IMG/VR virus record: IMGVR_UViG_3300032335_000777
Location: 45,984-109,983 of that record
Reading direction: 5' to 3' (one strand)
From: a virus
Taxonomy: Duplodnaviria; Caudoviricetes
DNA: 64,000 nucleotides
Of the stretch, positions 20,601 through 29,270 are shown piece by piece. The notes below the pieces were generated by a model. That model saw only the letters and a list, made by a program, of their open reading frames with translations, made no database searches and was not told where the DNA came from. The translations under genes were made by a program, and so were the position numbers. Numbering within the stretch: position 1 is the stretch's first letter; each line of letters begins with the position of its first letter.

Positions 20601-22989
20601 CAAAGTGAGCTTTACCTGCACCAAACATTACACTTTCTAGCTTAAGAATGTCTGCTAGGAATGGTTGACCAAATGATGTCTCTGGAGAGTTGAAGACTTG
20701 TCTATATCTGTTCTCATCAGTGAAACCATCAAGTAGTGTTGTACCACCACAACTTAATGCTGATCTCACTTGTGATATAAGGTTTATTTGAGCATCTGCA
20801 CAACTTGCTGTACATATTACTGCTGTACCAGCAACCACCTCAACAATGTCAGCTGTGTCACCAACACTTAAAATTGTTGGACCTAAGAATCTGTCATCAT
20901 AAGATGCTGTGAATGTAGCACCTAGAGGAGCATCCAATTCATAAACATCATAGTTAGCATATCCTACATCACCTCCACCAATAATTATTGTTGGTCTACC
21001 AACAGCACAAAGCTCATCATCCTGTATAGAAGTGTAATCCTTGTAAACAATTTTGTTGTTCTCACAAGAATAATATTGAATTCTAGCTAATGGAACACCA
21101 GTGACTGGATCAGTTCCTAGGCTAGTGATGAATATATTAAATGGCTCACACTGACCTTGGTAAGCATTGTTTGTTGTTGTAAGAAATGGATCGTCATTAA
21201 GATCGTTGTAAGGATAGTTGGGGAAATAGAACGATTGATCTTCTCTTTGATATTCACCAACGTTTCTAAGAATACCTTTAGCTACAATAGACTTGTTAAC
21301 ACTTCTATCACCACGTACAATTTTAAATCCTACAATGTCAGCTTTCTGATCATCTGTAAGATTTGATACCTGAATTAAATTTAGTATTTGTGAAGGATCA
21401 AGTTTTACACCAATAGGAAAAACAGCATCATTTCCCATCACCATTGTTTGTGGTGTGGAGAAGATTTTACTTTCGTAAATAGGTGAGATGTTTACATCTG
21501 GGAACTTGTGGTGTCTGATTTTTTGTCCTGCAAGACTTCCCCACACGTCTGTGTTGCATGGGTATTCTTCAGCAGATTCCCAATAGGCAAATTCCCCAAA
21601 TTGATATGGTCCCTTGTAAGAAACATTTGTTGAATATTCTGGAGAGAATCCTGTGACAGAAGCTGTGTTATAAATCTTCCAATACGGTGCATCATGCGTT
21701 AATGGGTCTGGTTGTCCTATAAAATCTGGATCTGTATCAGGAATATTTGGTAGTAATTGTTCGTACGCTGTAATAGCTTTTCCTGGAATATGGAAACCAT
21801 CTGTCTGCTTTCCATTCTTTAAAAGAAAAACTATCTCAAAAGCATACACTTCATCACGAAGATATCCTCTTAGATTCGTTGCGTTTATTTCGTTTGCGTA
21901 GTTTTCTGTTGGAGGAATTCTCCAAGTTTCCCATAGCAAATCAATATTATTAGCGATTTGTTGATAGTTGATTCTATCAATTGATGTTAACTGGTCCCAT
22001 ACAAGAACATCTTGCACAGCCGTTAGGTCTTGAGCAATCTCATAGAATGGAAACTTCTCAAAGATGTCAGCAATGTCAAGAACAATTGTTGATTGACCTG
22101 TGTATGTAATCTGTCTAATACTATTGTTAATAAAGTATGTACCAACAAGATCAACAGATGTTACACCATTGATTGTCTTGATTACAGCAAGATTAAAATA
22201 TTCAAACTGTCCAGTTGTATCAAGGTTGTCAATGGTAACAACAATAGACTTTCCTACAGGGTAGTTAAAGTTAACTGATATAATAAACTCATCAGCGATA
22301 GGTGTAGGATTGGTAACTGAGTAGTAGGATGTAAATGGGTTACCAGCTGGATCAGAGTATTGAACAGCAAACTGATATGTACCAGCAATAAGATTTCCAC
22401 CACTAACAACATCAGTGATTACTATCTCAGGAATATTAAAATTAGGCTGTAGCTTAAGTTGATTACAATCAAGATCATCTGTATAGATTGGACTACAGAG
22501 AGGGCTTCCTGATCTAAGAATCTTAGGAATGTCATCAATGTCCAAATATCTTCTAGGATTGTAACCATCTGTCCAATAAATCTCTGTATTGCAGTTTGTG
22601 ATTCTATGGACAACTTTATGTATAGGATAATTGATATTGAAGTTTAAGCAAGGAGCATTTACCAACACTCTGTAAACACAATCATTATTATCCATGTAGC
22701 CAATCTGGCTATCTCCTGTTGTGGGATTTGTAACAAAGAATATATGTTTATTCTTTTCTATAATAAAGTGTTCACCTATAACAACAGATCCTTCAGGTAC
22801 ACGAATACAGAATTCGTTACCAGATTCGTTCTGATAGTTTACAGAATTAGAATCAAAGTTTTCAACAGCAGCGTTTAGAGCATAAGTTAGCCTCCCCTTT
22901 TGAATTTGATTCAGTGACTGATCAAGATTCAATCCTGTAGTGGCATTGTTATACTCCTGTCTGACGTTACCTTCTCCTTGCTCAGCCAT
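17641..22989 (-). CDS. Tail stabilization/muzzle protein with Thr-rich C-terminal extension
   Basis: 1782 aa; GLNLD..ALNA, IYWTDGYNPRRY, YLRDEVYAF, IRHHKFP, FGGDTFISRF, SWTLSF..WISFHSYLP motifs typical of this crAss-like family. Confidence 0.75.
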   Translation of the reverse strand: MAEQGEGNVRQEYNNATTGLNLDQSLNQIQKGRLTYALNAAVENFDSNSVNYQNESGNEFCIRVPEGSVVIGEHFIIEKNKHIFFVTNPTTGDSQIGYMDNNDCVYRVLVNAPCLNFNINYPIHKVVHRITNCNTEIYWTDGYNPRRYLDIDDIPKILRSGSPLCSPIYTDDLDCNQLKLQPNFNIPEIVITDVVSGGNLIAGTYQFAVQYSDPAGNPFTSYYSVTNPTPIADEFIISVNFNYPVGKSIVVTIDNLDTTGQFEYFNLAVIKTINGVTSVDLVGTYFINNSIRQITYTGQSTIVLDIADIFEKFPFYEIAQDLTAVQDVLVWDQLTSIDRINYQQIANNIDLLWETWRIPPTENYANEINATNLRGYLRDEVYAFEIVFLLKNGKQTDGFHIPGKAITAYEQLLPNIPDTDPDFIGQPDPLTHDAPYWKIYNTASVTGFSPEYSTNVSYKGPYQFGEFAYWESAEEYPCNTDVWGSLAGQKIRHHKFPDVNISPIYESKIFSTPQTMVMGNDAVFPIGVKLDPSQILNLIQVSNLTDDQKADIVGFKIVRGDRSVNKSIVAKGILRNVGEYQREDQSFYFPNYPYNDLNDDPFLTTTNNAYQGQCEPFNIFITSLGTDPVTGVPLARIQYYSCENNKIVYKDYTSIQDDELCAVGRPTIIIGGGDVGYANYDVYELDAPLGATFTASYDDRFLGPTILSVGDTADIVEVVAGTAVICTASCADAQINLISQVRSALSCGGTTLLDGFTDENRYRQVFNSPETSFGQPFLADILKLESVMFGAGKAHFVEVRDNAKYKLLTEAAQKAALDSSARLGGITTPFSATAMFTAYQSYLTIYVNGITRRNYAYSFNSIADYNYGVGVPDNQGIKQRELDISRYLIPGVQALGDDLPINNWNRESSVFVKTNIDTTALPYPNQSPNMLSGITSIVSDRSRFTISEIGNCSTPAKEEPIQVVSYYASLKDIIINQWGQIYSYETIDTGYQYIINSPNPTTTVFGGDTFISRFAFKTKLPFFIDNRVNAPDDSDIFYDEIGNVAYPRYWHSARSILENYSIPGQGVMANIISYKAHNFDCPNEVGTDVIISTSTTTTSSTTFPPGGSGAVTPSSTITYYDGYFYLFAYGIPNFYCESSYNLDLRQAFNNREGEFWPHVSTDIPDDWVQESFVPIAQDNTYFYNTTFSKQNKENTFTHLPPDWEARLCFTNYPFRTIYSDAQNIDADNRINNWLIYRAISYFDFPQNYGNLVSLDGIQNKAILARFDNKSLLYNNLLTIDTSNPQAAYVGNPLLFRGAPPIDFAETDLGYVGSQHKMLLKIPQGQITIDAKRGQVFLIQGTQVTDLSGFGSGMNRFFVEHLPFMIDNNFPDVKIDNHFKGIGLHGVYDAVYDRVIITKLDYAPKSNNILYDPVEQSFYINNVVNGLTIRQDVSLSDEEYFCNVSWTLSFNMNTKSWISFHSYLPNFYIAENNFFYSGQNNCCEEFDFLVGTLVPNPTTTTTTSTSTTSTSTTSTTSTSTSTTSTTTSTTSTSTTSTTSTTSTTSSTTTTTTTAIPPTTTTTTSSTSTTTTTGIPTTTTTTTTTLQYTFLIYDVDVNCNTTNPQPFWSFTNYANGFYYINGNLSTLYYLQSNTHTNYTNEITQVLAGTCGTTTTTTTTTPPSTTTTTTTQGPTTTTTTTTQNPITTTTTSTTVTTSTTQIPSECYILTSAPFGGCTFVYKNENGVTITYNIPSEDQGLCFTACVTEVISDDCGFLSQGVGCLDPQCDCSPPPTTTTTTTEGPS
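17650..18505 (-). repeat. Poly-Thr/Ser low-complexity coding tracts (ACN codon runs)
   Basis: Imperfect gtN triplet runs on + encoding mucin-like Thr tracts, longest ~18240-18505. Confidence 0.9.
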
Positions 22990-22994
22990 AGGTA

Positions 22995-23972
22995 TTAATT
23001 ATATCTTCTTCTATATCCCCAACGATTTGTTCTGTTAGGAAGCTCATACATAGCAAATTTATTCAATTGTTGTCTTATTCTACGCTGCTTAGTCCAGACA
23101 TCTTGCTTCTTAATTTCAATGTCTGCCATGATGAATGCCTCGTCAGAAAGACTCTTGTAATATACAAGCTTTTGTTGAAGCTGATTAAATGTTTCATCAT
23201 TGGTTTGATTAACCAACATTTCAAACACTTTGTATTTAATAAAGTGCTCTAGATATTCTCTAATACGATAATTATCAGGAATAAGCTGGTTTCCAAGACT
23301 GTCGTAATCTTGAGCATAGAAAACAAGATGGACAACGCCATTTCTGAAATTCGTAACAAACTTGTTGTCTCTAATATCGAATGAATCATAAGTGGATGAA
23401 CCTGGTGTAAAGTTATGAATTGGAACAGATCCTTGACCATACATCTCCCAGTTATCTGTATAGTTAACATCACAATGTCCTCTTGCAGAAATGTTTCCTG
23501 GCTTTAGAAGATATTGTCTCTGGTAGGTCATTGCTGTCTCATTGTTTGTCTTGTAGACAGTTTGCATGAACTCAGGCATACAAGAGCCATCACATCCTAC
23601 ATTTCCACAACAAGGACTTTCAGTAGAACAAGCCGTAGTGATTGGACTCACCTGTATAGTGGTTTGTGTAGATGCTTGAGAATAGAATGAGTTGGCTGTT
23701 TGATATGGGAAACCATTAATCACTGTACACATCCATGCTTCACGAACAGCATAAAAGTTATCTGGAAGTCTTGCTTCGAAGTTATCAACAACAAGAGCTG
23801 TCTCAGCTATCACGTATGTAGCTCTTCCCAGCTTTCTAAGACATTTGTCTAGATAGGTGGGGAATAACAAATCATCTACAGCACCTGTATCAAAGTAGCT
23901 TTTCAATTCTTCTTTGACAGTGGAGTAGATTGGATCTGGGCTTACGAAGTTAAATTTATAGTAATATGCCAT
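22995..23972 (-). CDS. Tail ring/tubular protein
   Basis: 325 aa; ARLPDNF, FVTNFRNG.VHLVFY..D..G..LIPD; position immediately upstream of the muzzle gene. Confidence 0.65.
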   Translation of the reverse strand: MAYYYKFNFVSPDPIYSTVKEELKSYFDTGAVDDLLFPTYLDKCLRKLGRATYVIAETALVVDNFEARLPDNFYAVREAWMCTVINGFPYQTANSFYSQASTQTTIQVSPITTACSTESPCCGNVGCDGSCMPEFMQTVYKTNNETAMTYQRQYLLKPGNISARGHCDVNYTDNWEMYGQGSVPIHNFTPGSSTYDSFDIRDNKFVTNFRNGVVHLVFYAQDYDSLGNQLIPDNYRIREYLEHFIKYKVFEMLVNQTNDETFNQLQQKLVYYKSLSDEAFIMADIEIKKQDVWTKQRRIRQQLNKFAMYELPNRTNRWGYRRRYN

Positions 23973-23974
23973 TT

Positions 23975-24454
23975 TTAATTACGATTCCATGTTGCATAAA
24001 TATGTTGGTACTTCTCGTCAACTTTCAAATAGTGGTTAATCAATCTAGAGTTTTGTCTTGTTGGTTTGAATAGCCACAAATCAGAAAACTTAAATCTACA
24101 AGATCTTTTAAACCACTTCCATCCAAAGTAATAACCTTCTGTATGGTAGTTGAAGTTGTAAATGTACTTTCCCTTCTCTCTAGTTTTTTTCCAGTCGATT
24201 GGAAGATTTATATACTCTTTACCATCAACTATTGTGGTTCTCACTCTTTTCTTTTTGTTGATTGCAAAGTCTCCTATTCCACATGGGAGTTTCACCTTCT
24301 CCCCTGTTTCAAGCATGTGTTCAACAAACATCTCATTGAAACCATAAACAACTCTCTTCCAGTCATCGAAAGAGAGGTTTATTTCAGGTTTCTCACTCTT
24401 GAAATTATTGTAGTTTTCTTTTGAGGCACTTCGCCAATCTATTGGTACTCTCAT
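23975..24454 (-). CDS. IHF/HU-like DNA-binding protein
   Basis: GEKVKLPCGIGDFAINKK HU-like core plus IDWKKT..IYNFNYHT extension typical of the crAss-like tail-block IHF gene. Confidence 0.7.
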   Translation of the reverse strand: MRVPIDWRSASKENYNNFKSEKPEINLSFDDWKRVVYGFNEMFVEHMLETGEKVKLPCGIGDFAINKKKRVRTTIVDGKEYINLPIDWKKTREKGKYIYNFNYHTEGYYFGWKWFKRSCRFKFSDLWLFKPTRQNSRLINHYLKVDEKYQHIYATWNRN

Positions 24455-25179
24455 CTAAATTGTGGTGAGTTTGGTGATTGACCATCTATTCCATCATCAG
24501 TCATGTCAGTCTTCAGATTGAAATAGCTCTGTAGAAGCTTCTGTGAGGTTAGATCTAGCACTTGCTTCTCCAAGTATCCTGGAAGAGCAAACTCTTTATC
24601 TAAAGGGTTCTGACAAAGCTGGTCAGTCGTATAACTTGGAGTTCCACATCCACATTCAGGGTACATAATATCGTTAGGTACGTCTTCTTCAAATAAAGCT
24701 ACGAATCTAACAGCCTGTAATGCTGGATTGTTGACATAAAGATAACCATTTGAAATCCAGAAATACAGTTGATTTTTAATAACAGGAAGTTTTAATAGAT
24801 TAAGATAACGATTGACAGTGATCTCTTTTATCTTGGTGCCTTGTCCAGACATTGCGTTTATTGAATAAACACCTTGAATAACATATTGATAATTTCCTTC
24901 AGATATTCTAGGAAGTTGATATGTTGATCTTGCAACAGAACAAGGATCTGCATAATTACAGCATTCTGAGATGGGCACCTCACACATTTCCAAGCATGGA
25001 ATTGTCGTGAAAAGTGTATCTGTTGCCCAGAGTTTTCTAAGATTGGTTTCTCTTTTTATCAACAATAGTGCATTATTCCGCACTTCAGAGGCAATTGCTC
25101 TGTCTGTGATAAGACTATCTGTTGATATGATTTTGTGCGTGCTCCTAACGTCAGAGACTAGCTTTCTTAATGTTGACAT
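24451..25179 (-). CDS. Tail ring protein
   Basis: Start probably ATG 25179 (MSTLRKLVSDVRS); IPCLEM, LPRI, YFWISNGYLY motifs; synteny. Confidence 0.6.
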   Translation of the reverse strand: MSTLRKLVSDVRSTHKIISTDSLITDRAIASEVRNNALLLIKRETNLRKLWATDTLFTTIPCLEMCEVPISECCNYADPCSVARSTYQLPRISEGNYQYVIQGVYSINAMSGQGTKIKEITVNRYLNLLKLPVIKNQLYFWISNGYLYVNNPALQAVRFVALFEEDVPNDIMYPECGCGTPSYTTDQLCQNPLDKEFALPGYLEKQVLDLTSQKLLQSYFNLKTDMTDDGIDGQSPNSPQFR

Positions 25180-25235
25180 CTTGTGTTGCTGATTTTCAGA
25201 GTTATATGTACTCAAATTTAATCATTTTTCCAAAT

Positions 25236-25265
25236 AAAAACTCCCAGACATTAAATGCCTGGGAG
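25236..25265 (-). terminator. Intrinsic terminator
   Basis: CUCCCAGGCAU/AUGUCUGGGAG stem followed by UUUUU on the minus strand. Confidence 0.8.
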
Positions 25266-25295
25266 AAACTCTACAAAACCAATAAAGTAGAGTTT
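25266..25295 (-). ncRNA. Hairpin presenting UUUAUUGGUUUU loop (candidate 3'-UTR sRNA seed)
   Basis: Perfect 9-bp stem AAACUCUAC/GUAGAGUUU directly 5' of the terminator. Confidence 0.4.
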
Positions 25296-25343
25296 ATTTG
25301 AATTTAGTTTATAGATACACACAAACTTTTAATTTATGTGTTA

Positions 25344-25859
25344 CTAGCAAGAAGTTGCTGCACTTAACACTCCTCCACTTGATACTGTCCACTTAGTGCT
25401 CAAATTGGTTATGTAAATATATCCACTATAAGTAGTTGTCAAACCACTGTTGGTATATAAAACTACACCATTTGCTAGTACAGGAACAGATGTATACAAT
25501 ATAGGTAGTAGTATAGCTGACGTACATGGATTTGCAATATTTGCCAGTCCTCCTAAATACCAAGAATAAAATCCAGGTCTTGAAGTTGTTGTACTAGTTG
25601 TACTGGTTGTTGGACCAGCTGATGTACTGGTTGTGGTTGTTGTAGGTGGTGTTGGAGAAATCTGTGCTTCTATAATAGCAATTGCATTATCAATCTTCTG
25701 TAATGCAACTGTGAGATTATCACAGCTTTGTATTCCTGTTCCTGCTAGGTTTGGTCCTATATATTTTACATTTTCAGAAGAAACAAATTCACAATGGTCA
25801 CCGCTGCAACCACATGGACCTAAAGATCCGCATCCTGGGCAATTAGTATTAAATGGCAT
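25344..25859 (-). CDS. Short fibre/adhesin-like virion protein with Cys-rich N-terminus and Thr linker
   Basis: N-terminal Y.G.N....GI...D.L..AL..ID domain shared with 25864..27000; poly-Thr linker; small beta C-terminal domain. Confidence 0.55.
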   Translation of the reverse strand: MPFNTNCPGCGSLGPCGCSGDHCEFVSSENVKYIGPNLAGTGIQSCDNLTVALQKIDNAIAIIEAQISPTPPTTTTTSTSAGPTTSTTSTTTSRPGFYSWYLGGLANIANPCTSAILLPILYTSVPVLANGVVLYTNSGLTTTYSGYIYITNLSTKWTVSSGGVLSAATSC

Positions 25860-25863
25860 AGTT

Positions 25864-27000
25864 TTATGGAATATACATTATGTAATATGCACCTATTGTA
25901 GGCTGGATGTTATTGTGTGATAGACCACCACCTGTTACATCAACAACTACACTAGTACTGGTAGTAACAACTACTGTTGCATTGCTAGTTGGCCCTCTAT
26001 CAGCAGTTCCTACTGTTTGTTTAAGATTGTAAGAGTAGTTATCGCCTGCATCAAACAAAGTATCAAGAGTCTGTGTATCTAAATCTCCAGCTTGTGCACC
26101 ACTCTTAGCAATGAAGTGACTGTGAGGAGTAGCTGTTGATGTAGATGTACCTGTAGCTGTGTGCGTGTGCGAAGGAATTTGATTTGTTGTTAAAGTGACA
26201 TTGTTCGCACCTGCTAAACCATTCAATGAATAGCTCGGATTACCTGGTGTAGATGGATTGACAATTGAACTCATTGTTATTGTACCAGCCATAGTTCCAT
26301 CTGTAGTTCCTACAGCAACACGTCCTCTCTTGTCTGGTGTACCATTGCTACCATTACACAAATATACGTTTGCAAACAAACCAGAGCCTGCTCCTGTAAT
26401 ATCAAAGCCTGTAATAGGACCATAGTATTCATACGCAATGTATGGTACCATTTTGTTTCTGTACAAATTAGATGGAGCAATACTGTTTAAATATGCTTGA
26501 ATAAGCGCATTTAAGTCGGCCAGTTTAACATAGTTTGTATCAACATCAAGCTCTAGTGCTGTTAGATCAGCAGCTGTTGAGCACAGCTTATTAATAGCTG
26601 CTTGGAGAATGTCGTGTGTATCAGAAGATGCTGTTACACCTGTAAGACATCCAATTGTGTAATTGGCATTAAGGGTGGTGAGTGTTGACTCAATTGCTGT
26701 AACACTGGTTTTTAAAGCGCAAATTGATTTTATCAGTGCTGAGATGACATTATTAAGTGTAATGGTACCAGACCCTGGAAGAAACCCACTCACCAATGGG
26801 CAGAGATCAGCTGGATTAATGACAGGAATAACCCCATTACCAGTAGACAAATTTATAATGAATGTTGAAATTTGTAATTCAACACTAGCAAGTGTATCAC
26901 CATTGGAAATACCCAAGGCAGGAATATTAAATCCTGTATATCTTACGCACTGATCAGATATGATTTCTGTGCATCCGTTAAAGCAATTAGAGCAGCTCAT
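25864..27000 (-). CDS. Tail fibre/needle protein with phage tail collar domain
   Basis: LCNGSNGTPDKRGRVAVG, VTLTTNQIPSHTH, GGGLSHNNIQP..YYIM collar/tip motifs. Confidence 0.75.
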   Translation of the reverse strand: MSCSNCFNGCTEIISDQCVRYTGFNIPALGISNGDTLASVELQISTFIINLSTGNGVIPVINPADLCPLVSGFLPGSGTITLNNVISALIKSICALKTSVTAIESTLTTLNANYTIGCLTGVTASSDTHDILQAAINKLCSTAADLTALELDVDTNYVKLADLNALIQAYLNSIAPSNLYRNKMVPYIAYEYYGPITGFDITGAGSGLFANVYLCNGSNGTPDKRGRVAVGTTDGTMAGTITMSSIVNPSTPGNPSYSLNGLAGANNVTLTTNQIPSHTHTATGTSTSTATPHSHFIAKSGAQAGDLDTQTLDTLFDAGDNYSYNLKQTVGTADRGPTSNATVVVTTSTSVVVDVTGGGLSHNNIQPTIGAYYIMYIP

Positions 27001-27267
27001 TTATTTATATTTTAGAAGTTTCACTTTACTAGCTATTTGACATACGCTAAATTGACTAGCGTAATCTGGGTTACAATACTTATATGTCAAGATTCTTCTA
27101 TAATTTAGAAGATCTATCAATGTTGTAAATGGAACAGGCATATTCAATGCAAACACAGTGTTGTTGTAAAGATTCTTTGCAACTTCTGTAATCTTACATT
27201 CGATATCCTGCAACAATGTTGGAATTTCAACGCATTCAGGACAAGACGTTAATCTAGGTTGTAACAT
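27001..27267 (-). CDS. Small structural-block protein (tail hub-like)
   Basis: 88 aa, abutting neighbours, Cys-containing helical protein. Confidence 0.5.
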   Translation of the reverse strand: MLQPRLTSCPECVEIPTLLQDIECKITEVAKNLYNNTVFALNMPVPFTTLIDLLNYRRILTYKYCNPDYASQFSVCQIASKVKLLKYK

Positions 27268-27272
27268 ATCTT

Positions 27273-27401
27273 TTAATTTTTATCTGATGGTGGAACAACT
27301 GTGATTTCATCTTTTTTCTTCTGTGCACAAAATGCACACAATCCATTTTTCAGATTGCATCCACACCCAACACTTGCTCCACATCTTGAACACTTTGCCA
27401 T
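27273..27401 (-). CDS. 42-aa Cys-rich peptide (CxxC..CxC..CxxC)
   Basis: MAKCSRCGASVGCGCNLKNGLCAFCAQKKKDEITVVPPSDKN; fills the gap between flanking genes; below the ORF track cutoff. Confidence 0.75.
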   Translation of the reverse strand: MAKCSRCGASVGCGCNLKNGLCAFCAQKKKDEITVVPPSDKN

Positions 27402-27402
27402 A

Positions 27403-27969
27403 TTAATAATAGGTTGTTACTGTTGCATAATTATTTCCTGAACATCCACAGTTGTTTCTTAAGAAATTGTTCAGCATTTTGTCAGCTTGAAGATACAATC
27501 TATTTGCTTCAACTGTAGCACAATTATTTGCAGCTGCTATAGCTCCGTTAATAAAGAATGATATAGTTGTAAGCTCCACCTTAGATTGTGTCTTAATCGC
27601 TCTATCGCACTCCATCATATCAAGTCTCATGAATGCTCCATCAAACTTCTCTTGAAGTCTTTCTACACGCATGATTGTTCTTTCAACAAAGTTTACGTTT
27701 GCTGGAGCCACTGAATACTTTAGATAGTAGATGCCATCAGGAAGTGGGTCGTTAGTAACTGTTGAAATTCCTAAGTTAACACTTGTGAACACATTCAACG
27801 AATTAACAACAAATGGAATATTAACTATGCCAAAGTTGGGAACATTTATCTCAATAGATGGAGATGTAACATTTGGTGGTGTAGTTGGATACGTAGATGC
27901 GTCAGCAACAGCCATTGTTAGCGTGTTGTATGTTGGCACTACAAGAATATCTAAATTCAAAGTTGGCAT
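27403..27969 (-). CDS. Tail hub/fibre-docking structural protein
   Basis: 188 aa; LPDGIYYLKYSVAP Ig-like segment plus helical C-terminus; synteny after the auxiliary capsid gene. Confidence 0.6.
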   Translation of the reverse strand: MPTLNLDILVVPTYNTLTMAVADASTYPTTPPNVTSPSIEINVPNFGIVNIPFVVNSLNVFTSVNLGISTVTNDPLPDGIYYLKYSVAPANVNFVERTIMRVERLQEKFDGAFMRLDMMECDRAIKTQSKVELTTISFFINGAIAAANNCATVEANRLYLQADKMLNNFLRNNCGCSGNNYATVTTYY

Positions 27970-27981
27970 GGGAGTTATAAA

Positions 27982-28029
27982 TAAAATGCCAGAGGATTTT
28001 GAGAACTAATCCTCTCACCCTCTGGCATA
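27982..28029 (-). terminator. Intrinsic terminator
   Basis: AUGCCAGAGG/CCUCUGGCAU stem with inner hairpin then U-rich tail, after the 395-aa gene. Confidence 0.7.
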
Positions 28030-28057
28030 GGTTGTAGAAATTTTAACTTACCTACTA

Positions 28058-29245
28058 TTAAGGAATCAAAGTGCTAGTAGTGGTAGTAGTTGTTGGAGGT
28101 GTAGAAGTTGTAGTGGTGGTTGTAGTGATACAAGCATTGTTATCAAGTACAGTACCAAGAGCAGCTTCAAGAACAGCTTCAACAGCAGCAGAAATACCAG
28201 CATTACCTGGAGTGGCAGCGTTAGGAACAGCAACAATCACCATGCTATCCTCATAGATGTAATCACCCCACTGATAAGCAGAACGATCGAACTGGTTGAA
28301 CTTGATGTAATAGGTGTTATAGATAACGCCAGTGCTTACATAAGTCTCAAAGTTCTCGTTGTATCCATTCATTCTGTACAAGTGCTTCAAGTAACCAGCC
28401 TGATAGCTGTAGAAGTTCTTCTCAAGCTGAGCAATTTCTTCAGCAGTACCAGTTGGGTAAGAAGATCTCTGAACAACAACAGGGTTAGCTACGATATCAC
28501 AGTTGTCAGCAACGATGAAGTCAGCAGTGGTAGCAGGACCTTGGTAAACGAAAGTACGGAAGTACATTCTGTCATATTCCCAAGGGAATGCAGCAATATC
28601 GCAAGGCTGGCCATATTTGGTAAGAGGCTTACCAGAAATACGAAGAACAGCACTAGCATTGTTACCAATTCTTTGGAATGTGTAGAAGTCAGACAATGTG
28701 ATGTTGTCAGGGTTGTTGCCAGGAGCTGCAAGACTCAATTGGAAAATAAATTGATCAATCAATGCAGGCACGTTGACATCAGCGCAAGGATCAGCACCAC
28801 AATCACAGCAAGGAGCTTGTACAGTTACTGAACGGGTGAAACCGTTGAAGTACAAGGTGTCAAGATAACTAGAATGAGCTCTTAGAGTAAGAGTAACAAC
28901 TTCTCCACACTGTACACTCCAATTACCTACATCAGTAATTTGGACAGCAGGAGTACCGCAACCTGATACTTTGTACCATTCAGTTACGTTAGAAGAGCAA
29001 CCTGAACCAGAAGGACAACCCTTGATTTTATCAGAACGCTTAGAGCCTTGTAGGTAGGTGTTTTGTCTACCTTGAGCTACATAGAAGTATGGAGCAGCAG
29101 CAATATTGCCAGCTGTAGCCACACTGTAATCGTTTCTGAAGAAACCAACTTGACCAGCAGTTAGATCCTGAGTAGAACCAGTGCTAGGGAGCGAAGTTTG
29201 CCCTACTGGAACTACAAAAAGGGTGGTTAACGAGAAATCAGCCAT
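28058..29245 (-). CDS. Auxiliary capsid (head decoration) protein with C-terminal poly-Thr tail
   Basis: 395 aa; codon bias like the MCP (many C-ending codons), own terminator, position typical of the crAss-like auxiliary capsid gene. Confidence 0.6.
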   Translation of the reverse strand: MADFSLTTLFVVPVGQTSLPSTGSTQDLTAGQVGFFRNDYSVATAGNIAAAPYFYVAQGRQNTYLQGSKRSDKIKGCPSGSGCSSNVTEWYKVSGCGTPAVQITDVGNWSVQCGEVVTLTLRAHSSYLDTLYFNGFTRSVTVQAPCCDCGADPCADVNVPALIDQFIFQLSLAAPGNNPDNITLSDFYTFQRIGNNASAVLRISGKPLTKYGQPCDIAAFPWEYDRMYFRTFVYQGPATTADFIVADNCDIVANPVVVQRSSYPTGTAEEIAQLEKNFYSYQAGYLKHLYRMNGYNENFETYVSTGVIYNTYYIKFNQFDRSAYQWGDYIYEDSMVIVAVPNAATPGNAGISAAVEAVLEAALGTVLDNNACITTTTTTTSTPPTTTTTTSTLIP

Positions 29246-29270
29246 TTTTTTGTTTGTTTGTTAAGTTTAT

